NCBI GenBank assembly: GCA_044450765.1
Contig: JBIOJK010000003.1
Span: 19,856 to 83,855 of the forward strand
Reading direction: 5' to 3'
Origin: Myxococcota bacterium
Lineage (GTDB): Bacteria > Myxococcota_A > UBA9160 > SZUA-336
Length of the DNA: 64,000 nucleotides
The translations under genes were made by a program, and so were the position numbers. Positions within the stretch are counted from its first letter, which is position 1. The number at the start of each line of letters is the position of its first letter. Shown here in pieces: positions 57,824 through 64,000 of the stretch. The notes beneath the pieces are model-generated. The model had not been told where the DNA came from. It was given only the letters and a program-made list of their open reading frames with translations, and did not search any database.

Positions 57824-58480
57824 GTGCTGCGCGACGCGCCGCCCGAGGGCCATCCGATCGCGAACGAGGCGTGCCGCGCGCTGGCGAGCGCATCGGGAGT
57901 GGTGTTTGCCGGCGGACGCATCGACGCGCTCGTGCGCTGCGAAGGCCTCGTGCTCTCGACGCGCGAGCCCCTGTCGACACATTTTGGTGTCGCACAGGCC
58001 AGGCGCGAGCTGCGCACGCCCAGCCTCCGCTTGACTCACGTCGTCTTCGCGCCCGCGTCGCCGCGCGCGCTGCTGCTCGGCTTCGTGCGGCTGGAGAACC
58101 GCGCCGACGAGCCGCTCGCGCTCGAGTACACCGAGATCTGGGACGTGCCGGCCGGCGAGTACCGAGCCGCGGTCGCGGCCTGTGAGCGGCGCTTCGGCGG
58201 TCATCTGTTCGCGCTCGCCGAGGCATCGGCAGTCACTCGCGCGCGCGCGCCCGAGGCAGAGCCGAAGCGCGGCCTGGCGCTGGACGTCGCGCTAGCGCTG
58301 CCTGCCGGCGCACGGCGACACCTCGCCTTCGCCTACGCAGCGCTCCCCGACGAGGAGGACGCGGGCGAGCTCGTCCGCGCCTGGCGCGGCGGCGTCGCCG
58401 CGGAGCTCGAGCAGATCGGCCGCTCGGGCCAGAGCGTGGCGGCCTACCGCGAGCTCGGCCGCTACTCTGGCCGGCCATGA
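57824..58480 (+). CDS. hypothetical protein
   Basis: A 218-aa ORF with reasonable composition. Its stop overlaps the start of the next gene, and it sits in an apparent operon after the TPP enzyme. Confidence 0.45.
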   Translation: MLRDAPPEGHPIANEACRALASASGVVFAGGRIDALVRCEGLVLSTREPLSTHFGVAQARRELRTPSLRLTHVVFAPASPRALLLGFVRLENRADEPLALEYTEIWDVPAGEYRAAVAACERRFGGHLFALAEASAVTRARAPEAEPKRGLALDVALALPAGARRHLAFAYAALPDEEDAGELVRAWRGGVAAELEQIGRSGQSVAAYRELGRYSGRP

Positions 58481-59160
58481 ATCGCACCGCCGCGCTCGCC
58501 GTCGCCGCAGCGCTGTCTCTCCTTCCGCTGCGGGCGCTGGCCGCGAGCAGCTCCGAGATCGCCGCCGAGACCGCGCGCAACCTCGAGGAGGGGAGCGCGC
58601 ACGTCGCGAATTTCTGGTGGCTGCCGCCCGAATATTGGCAGCAGGCGGCGAAGGAGCTCGACCTGCCCGCCGAGGATCAGGCCAAAGTCTCGAAGCTGTT
58701 CCGCGACTACGTCATCGTCGGCGCGCTCGACGCCGACCTGTCGGAGAAGAAGAAGCCGAGCCTCGCGTCGATCGCGGACATCGTGAAGCGCTCCCACTTC
58801 ACGCGCGACGGCCAGACGCTGGAGGTGCTGCGCGAGGTGAACCCGGAGGTCGCGAAGCTCGTGCCCACCCTGGTGTATCTGCTGCACGCGTCGCTCGGAC
58901 CGCTCGGCGATGGTCTGCGCCTGCTCCCGCTCGCGAACGTCAGCCCGAAGGGCGATCCCCTGCTCTCGGCCAGCTCACCCGGCGAGCTCGTGCTGCAGTT
59001 CCGCTTCACCGACGACGGGCCGCTGCACGACGTGCGCTGGCACGCGCCGCTCACTTCGGTGGCCGGCGTGCGCAAGTGCCCGAAGGGCGGCGAGCCGCTC
59101 GAGGCGAGCTGGACCTTCTGTCCCTGGCACGGCGTGAAGCTGGAGCCGGCGAAGCCCTAG
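58477..59160 (+). CDS. secreted hypothetical protein with C-terminal Cys/His cluster (CPKGGEPLEASWTFCPWHG)
   Basis: It has a signal peptide (MNRTAALAVAAALSLLPLRALA). There is no recognisable domain. Confidence 0.55.
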   Translation: MNRTAALAVAAALSLLPLRALAASSSEIAAETARNLEEGSAHVANFWWLPPEYWQQAAKELDLPAEDQAKVSKLFRDYVIVGALDADLSEKKKPSLASIADIVKRSHFTRDGQTLEVLREVNPEVAKLVPTLVYLLHASLGPLGDGLRLLPLANVSPKGDPLLSASSPGELVLQFRFTDDGPLHDVRWHAPLTSVAGVRKCPKGGEPLEASWTFCPWHGVKLEPAKP

Positions 59161-59780
59161 TCGACGGCCACCGGCGCGAACGCGAGCTCGAGGTCGATCG
59201 GGATCGCGCCGGAGAGTGACTCGTGACCGCAGACCGCCTTCAGCGCTGCGAGCTGCGCGTCCATGCCGAGGTCGTGCGCCGACAACACGAGCGGAGCTGC
59301 GTTGTGCACGTGCAGGTGGTTCTGCCCGTCGCGGCCGACGAGCACGAGCAGCTTCAGCGGCACGGACGCGCCGTGCAGCGAGAGCGTGCCCGCGAGCTCG
59401 ACGCGCGCGTTCGCCCCGGGCGCGGGCAGCGCGTCGCTCGCCGGCAGGCCACTCACGTCGAAACGCGCCACCGGGAACCTCGCGGCCTCGAAGAAGTGCG
59501 TGCGGATGTTCTCGTCGCGCGCCGGATTGCCGGTCTCGGCGGTCCCGAGCTTCACCTCGACGAAGCCGCTGCGCGTGGCCATGTCGAAGGCGCCCTCGAG
59601 GCTGGCGAACGAGCCCGGCACGCCGACCGCGTTGTTCTTGATGCCGACGAACTGGATCGCGGACTCCGCCGGCACGAGGCGCCAGAGGCCCGACACTTCT
59701 CGGTGTCCCGCGAAGGAACCCGACTGACACGCGAACGACGCCGCGAGCGCGAGAGCGGCCAGACCGCGCCGCGCGCTCAC
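59157..59780 (-). CDS. YceI-family protein (polyisoprenoid-binding, periplasmic)
   Basis: A signal peptide is followed by a YceI-like beta-barrel (WRLVPAESAIQFVGIKN...GTLSLHGASVPLKL). Its GTG start overlaps the stop of the aminotransferase. Confidence 0.7.
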   Translation of the reverse strand: MSARRGLAALALAASFACQSGSFAGHREVSGLWRLVPAESAIQFVGIKNNAVGVPGSFASLEGAFDMATRSGFVEVKLGTAETGNPARDENIRTHFFEAARFPVARFDVSGLPASDALPAPGANARVELAGTLSLHGASVPLKLLVLVGRDGQNHLHVHNAAPLVLSAHDLGMDAQLAALKAVCGHESLSGAIPIDLELAFAPVAVD

Positions 59781-60973
59781 GCTGCGCTCGCGACGCAGGA
59801 CTCGAGCACGTCGAGGCCCTGCGCGAGATCGCGCTCGGGGATGTTCAGCGCCGGGAAGAGTCGCAGCACGCGATCGGCGGTCAGATTCACCAGCACGCCG
59901 CGCTCTCGCATCGCCGCGTGAGCCGCGGCCGCGGCCGCCGCCTCGCGCAGCACGACGCCGATCAGCAGGCCTTGTCCGCGCACCTGCTCGATCCGCGCGT
60001 GCTGCCTCTCCGCGAACGCGCCGAGCCGCGCGAGAGTGTCCTTGCCGAGCACTGCCGCGCGCTCGACGAGCCGCTCGTCCTCGATCACGCGCATGACCGC
60101 CGCGCCGGCGCGACACGCGAGCGGGTTGCCCGCGTAGGTGCCGCCGTGGTCGCCGGGCTGGATCGCCGCCATCACCGACTCACTCGCCATGAACCCAGCC
60201 AGCGGGAAGCCGCCGCCGATGCCCTTCCCGAAGGTGAGGACGTCGGGCGACACGCCGCTGTGCTCGCACGCGAACCAGCGGCCGGTGCGGCCGATGCAGG
60301 TCTGCACCTCGTCGGCGATCAGCAGCGCGCCGACCTTGTGACACGCGTCGGCGATCCGGCGCAGATAGTCGGCCGGCGGCACGACCACGCCGCCCTCGCC
60401 CTGGATCGGCTCGACGATCATCGCCGCGAACTCGGTCGTGAGCGCGGCGCGCGCGGCGTCGGCGTCTCCGAACGGCACGAAGGTCGCCTCGCGCACGATG
60501 CCCTTCCACGGGCCGCGGTACTTGTCCTGCCCGAGACAGCCCATCACCCCCAAGGTCCGCCCGTGGAAGCTGTTGAAGGTCGACAGGAAGCGGCTGCGCC
60601 CCGTCTTCCGCGCCGAGAGCTTGAGCGCGCCCTCGTTCGCCTCCGCGCCGCTCGAGGTGAAGAACGACTGGTGCAGCCCGCCCGGCGCGACGCGCGCGAG
60701 GCGCTCGGCGAGCTCGAGCTGCGGCTTGGTGTAGACCAGGTTCGTGGTCTGCATCAGCGTGCGCGCCTGATCGCTGATCGCCTCGACCAGCGCGGGATGG
60801 CAGTGACCGATCGAAGTCACTCCCCAGCCCGCGGTCAGGTCGACGTACTCGCGGCCGTCGACGTCCCAGACGCGCGAGCCCTGAGCGCGCTCGAGCGCCA
60901 CGGGCCAGCGCCGCACCTGCGGCATGAAGACTTGTTTCTCTCGGCTGACGAGCTGGTCGAACTTCTCGGACAT
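59777..60973 (-). CDS. class-III aminotransferase (acetylornithine/ornithine/GABA aminotransferase family)
   Basis: LIADEVQTCIGRTGRWFA...TFGKGIGGGFPL (PLP lysine) is typical of ArgD-like enzymes. Confidence 0.85.
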   Translation of the reverse strand: MSEKFDQLVSREKQVFMPQVRRWPVALERAQGSRVWDVDGREYVDLTAGWGVTSIGHCHPALVEAISDQARTLMQTTNLVYTKPQLELAERLARVAPGGLHQSFFTSSGAEANEGALKLSARKTGRSRFLSTFNSFHGRTLGVMGCLGQDKYRGPWKGIVREATFVPFGDADAARAALTTEFAAMIVEPIQGEGGVVVPPADYLRRIADACHKVGALLIADEVQTCIGRTGRWFACEHSGVSPDVLTFGKGIGGGFPLAGFMASESVMAAIQPGDHGGTYAGNPLACRAGAAVMRVIEDERLVERAAVLGKDTLARLGAFAERQHARIEQVRGQGLLIGVVLREAAAAAAAHAAMRERGVLVNLTADRVLRLFPALNIPERDLAQGLDVLESCVASAA

Positions 60974-61200
60974 GATTCACCTCTCGGAATGCGATTGATC
61001 GGACTGATCAGGGCGACGCGGGTTCTGGGAGCACGGGGTGGGTCCCGCCGGCCGGCGTCGATCGCGAGGCGAATCTATCCGCGCCGGTGGGACCCTGTAC
61101 GGGTGCGACGCGGTGCGGAGGGCTGCAGGCGGATGTCGAGGTCGACGCGCATCAGGTCGCGCAGAATGCGGCAGGCGAAAAGGCGTGTCAATCTCGCCGG

Positions 61201-62385
61201 GTGCGCATTCTCGCCCTGACGCCGCGCCTGCCGTACCCGCCGGTCGGCGGAGACAAGCTGCGCGCTCACGAATTTCTCGCGCGCCTCGCGGCGCGACACG
61301 ACGTCCACCTGGTGTCGTTCGTCGAGAGCGCGGCGGAGGACGAGCACGCGCGCGCGCTCGCGCGCCGACACCAGAAAATGTCGGTGGAGACGGTGCTGCT
61401 CCCGCGCTGGCGCTCGCGGCTGCACACCCTGGTCGGTGTCGCGTCTCCGCTTCCGCTCCAGGTGCACTACTACCGCTCGTCGCGCATGCGTTCGCTGGTC
61501 GCGAGGCGGCTCGCCGAGGGCCGCTTCGATGCGGTCTACGTCCACTTGCTGCGCATGGCTCAGTACGTCGAGCGCGCCGCGGACACGCGGCGGGTGCTCG
61601 ACATCACCGACGCGATCTCGCTGGTCTACGGGCGCGCGCAGCAGATGCGCCGCGACGGATTCCGCGCCCTGTTCGCGCTCGAGGTCGCGCGCCTGCCGCG
61701 CTACGAGACGCGACTCATCCGCTCGTTCGACGCGACCGCGGTGATCTCGCAAGTCGACCGCGACGTTTTGATCTCGAACGGCGCGCCGGCGGAGCGCCTG
61801 GCGCTGATCAACAACGGCGTCGACCGCACGTACTTCACGCCGCGCGCGGAGGGCTACGATCCGCGGCGGCTGGCCTTCGTCGGAAATCTGGGGAGCTTCG
61901 CGAACACCGACGCCGCGCTGTTCATGCTGCGCGAGGTGTTTCCCGCGATTCGGCGCCAGCGGTCGGACGCCGAGCTCGACGTCGTCGGAGTGAGTCCGCC
62001 GCCGTCAGTGCTCGCGTTCCACGGCGCAGGCGGCGTGAACGTCACGGGTGCCGTCGACGACGTGCGACCCTACGTCGAGCGCGCCGCGGCGAGTCTTTGC
62101 CCCGTGCGCGTCGCCGGCGGAGTGCAGAACAAGATCCTCGAGTCACTCGCGCTCGGCGTTCCGGTCGTGACCAGCCCCGAGGGCTTCGAAGGGCTGGGCG
62201 CGCGCGGCGAGGACGACGGCGTCTGCGTCGCGGCCGACCCCGAGGATTTCGCGCGCAAGTCGATCGCGCTGATGGCAGACCCGGCGCGCCGGCGCGAGCT
62301 CGGCGGGCGCGGCGCGCGCTTCGTCGCCGAGCACTACGATTGGGACCGCCAGGTCGCGCTGCTCGAGTCGCTGCTCGCGGGCTAG
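61201..62385 (+). CDS. glycosyltransferase family 1 (GT4)
   Basis: It has a C-terminal GT1 motif (NKILESLALGVPVVTS) and a GTG start giving VRILALTPRLPYPPVGGDKL. Confidence 0.8.
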   Translation: MRILALTPRLPYPPVGGDKLRAHEFLARLAARHDVHLVSFVESAAEDEHARALARRHQKMSVETVLLPRWRSRLHTLVGVASPLPLQVHYYRSSRMRSLVARRLAEGRFDAVYVHLLRMAQYVERAADTRRVLDITDAISLVYGRAQQMRRDGFRALFALEVARLPRYETRLIRSFDATAVISQVDRDVLISNGAPAERLALINNGVDRTYFTPRAEGYDPRRLAFVGNLGSFANTDAALFMLREVFPAIRRQRSDAELDVVGVSPPPSVLAFHGAGGVNVTGAVDDVRPYVERAAASLCPVRVAGGVQNKILESLALGVPVVTSPEGFEGLGARGEDDGVCVAADPEDFARKSIALMADPARRRELGGRGARFVAEHYDWDRQVALLESLLAG

Positions 62386-63135
62386 CTCGCGGCGAGCTTC
62401 TCGAGCTCGGCCAGGTCCGCGATCGCATGCGCCGGCGGCGCGCCCGCGTAGGACGCCAGCGCCGCTTCGGGATCGGCGACGCGGCGCGTGATCCAAACCG
62501 GGCGCACGCCGAGCGCCGCGGCGCCGGCGACGTCCGCCTCGAGGTCGTCGCCGACGTGGAGCGTCTGCTCCGGCGCGACGCCGAGTGAATCGAGCGCGGC
62601 GCGGAAGATCTCGGGGCGCGGCTTGCGCACGCCCAGGTCCATCGAGATCACGACCGCGTCGAAGTGCTCGAGCAGGCCCGCCTCGGCCAGCACCGCGCGC
62701 GCGGTGTCGGTGTGGCTGAAGTTCGAGCAGACGGCCAGCTTCACGCGTCCGCGCAGCCGTGCGAGCACCTGCGCGTGGTGCGGGTGGAAGCGCACGTGCT
62801 TGCGCAGCTCGGCCATGTGAGTCGCGGTGAGCGCGCGCGCCATCTCGTCGCCCGGCCGCGCGATGCTGCGGCCGAAGGCGCGGAAGCGATCCAGCGTGGC
62901 GAACTCGACGTGCTCGCGCCGCATCGCATCGCGCTGCTCTCGGTCGACCCGCCCGAGCGCCGCGGCGAACTTCTCGAAATCGAGTCCGTGCCAGTGCACA
63001 CTCGCCGCATGCAGGAGCCCGTAGGTCGACGGAATCCGCCGCCCGCCGATCTCGACGAGCGGCAGCCGGTCCATGTGGATGTCGACGAGCGTGTCGAACA
63101 GGTCGAGCGAGATCGCGCGCACCGGCACGCGGCGC
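62382..63135 (-). CDS. HAD-superfamily hydrolase
   Basis: HAD motif I is ISLDLFDTLVD. Motif III/IV reads VGDDLEADVAGAAALGVRPVWI. I infer a GTG start. Confidence 0.7.
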
Positions 63136-63156
63136 AGGATACGCGGGTGCGGTGGA

Positions 63157-64000
63157 TCGTCCAGGGCGAGAATCTCGACGCGCTGCGCGCGCTTCCCGAC
63201 GCGAGCGTCGCCCTCTGCTACGTCGATCCGCCGTTCAACACCGGCCGCACGCAGAAGCGCACCCGGCTGCGCACGCGGCGCGCGGCCGAGGGCGGCGACC
63301 GCACCGGCTTCGGCGGCCGGCGCTACCGCAGCGAGGTGGTCGGTGTCTCGCAGTTCGCCGACCGCTTCGCCGATCTGCCCGCCTATCTCGAGCCGCGCCT
63401 TCGCGAGGCGCGCCGCGTGCTGCGCCCGGATGGCTCGCTCTTCGTGCACCTCGACCCGCGCGAGTCACACTACGTGAAGGTGCTGCTCGACCGCATCTTC
63501 GGGCGCGCATCGTTCATGAACGAGATCGTCTGGGCCTACGACTACGGCGCGCGCACGAAGCGCCGCTGGCCCGCGAAGCACGACACGATTTTCTGGTACG
63601 CGGTCGATTCCGCGTGTTACACGTTCGACTACGGCGCGATGGATCGCTTGCCGTACGCGGCGCCCGGACTCGTCGGTCCCGAGAAGGCCGCGCGCGGCAA
63701 GACACCCACCGATGTCTGGTGGCAGACGATCGTGCCGACGAACGGGCGCGAGCGCACCGGCTACGCGACGCAGAAGCCGCTCGCGATCCTGTCCCGCATC
63801 GTTGCGGTGCACTCGCGGCCGGGCGATCTCGTGCTCGACTTCTTCGCGGGCAGCGGCACGACGGGCGAAGCGGCCGCGCGGCTCGAGCGCGACTTCATCC
63901 TGGTCGACTCGAGCCCCGAAGCGGTGCGCGTGATGCAGAAGCGGCTCGCTTTCGCCGGCGCGAAGTGTCTCGCGCTCGAGCAGCTCGCGCCGGCGCGGGA
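63157..64000 (+). CDS. site-specific DNA methyltransferase, beta-class (N6-adenine or N4-cytosine; DNA methylase N-4/N-6 domain), 3'-partial
   Basis: Motif IV DPPF (ALCYVDPPFNTG) precedes motif I FFAGSGTTG. The frame is open to the window end. It is not in the ORF track because it runs off the edge. Confidence 0.8.

Overview
This 64-kb window comes from a very high-GC (about 70% or more) bacterial chromosome and spans the replication-origin neighbourhood. Coding density is about 95%, and I found no rRNA, tRNA, CRISPR array or mobile element.

Origin region. Minus-strand genes rpmH-rnpA-yidD-yidC-jag-rsmG-parA-parB run leftward from about 20.6 kb. Plus-strand genes dnaA-dnaN-gyrB-gyrA-hemL run rightward. 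The strand switch plus DnaA-box-like repeats between dnaA and dnaN place oriC at about 20.6-22.4 kb.

Conserved blocks. The F1Fo ATP synthase is split in two: atpF'-atpF-atpH-atpA-atpG-atpD-atpC on the minus strand (8.6-14.5 kb) and atpZ-like/atpI-like-atpB-atpE on the plus strand (29.9-31.5 kb). A single bactofilin gene sits directly 3' of parAB. That bactofilin-ParAB linkage is characterised in Myxococcus, so the organism may be a Myxococcota-like deltaproteobacterium; this is an inference, not a certainty. Other core genes are an iron-siderophore/cobalamin-type ABC importer, comEA, a polyprenyl-diphosphate synthase, tmk-pnuC-nadR, uvrA, pdxA plus two SurA-like PPIases, mfd, tgt, purM and a TPP-dependent enzyme.

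More unusual content:
- a sulfatase apparently translationally coupled to atpC without an ATG start;
- a lysine-rich coiled-coil protein of unknown function with atypical composition;
- a stand-alone rplC with its own TATAAT promoter, followed by an rlmE that has no canonical start codon in frame;
- one continuous reading frame fusing an alpha/beta-hydrolase domain to a CYP125-like cytochrome P450, divergent from a DUF4336 gene;
- a 41-aa highly basic ORF directly upstream of purM;
- a beta-class DNA methyltransferase running off the right edge.

Alternative GTG/TTG starts were inferred by reading the sequence, and my hand-indexed coordinates may be off by 1-3 nt. Long R/A-rich ORFs in non-coding frames are GC artefacts.
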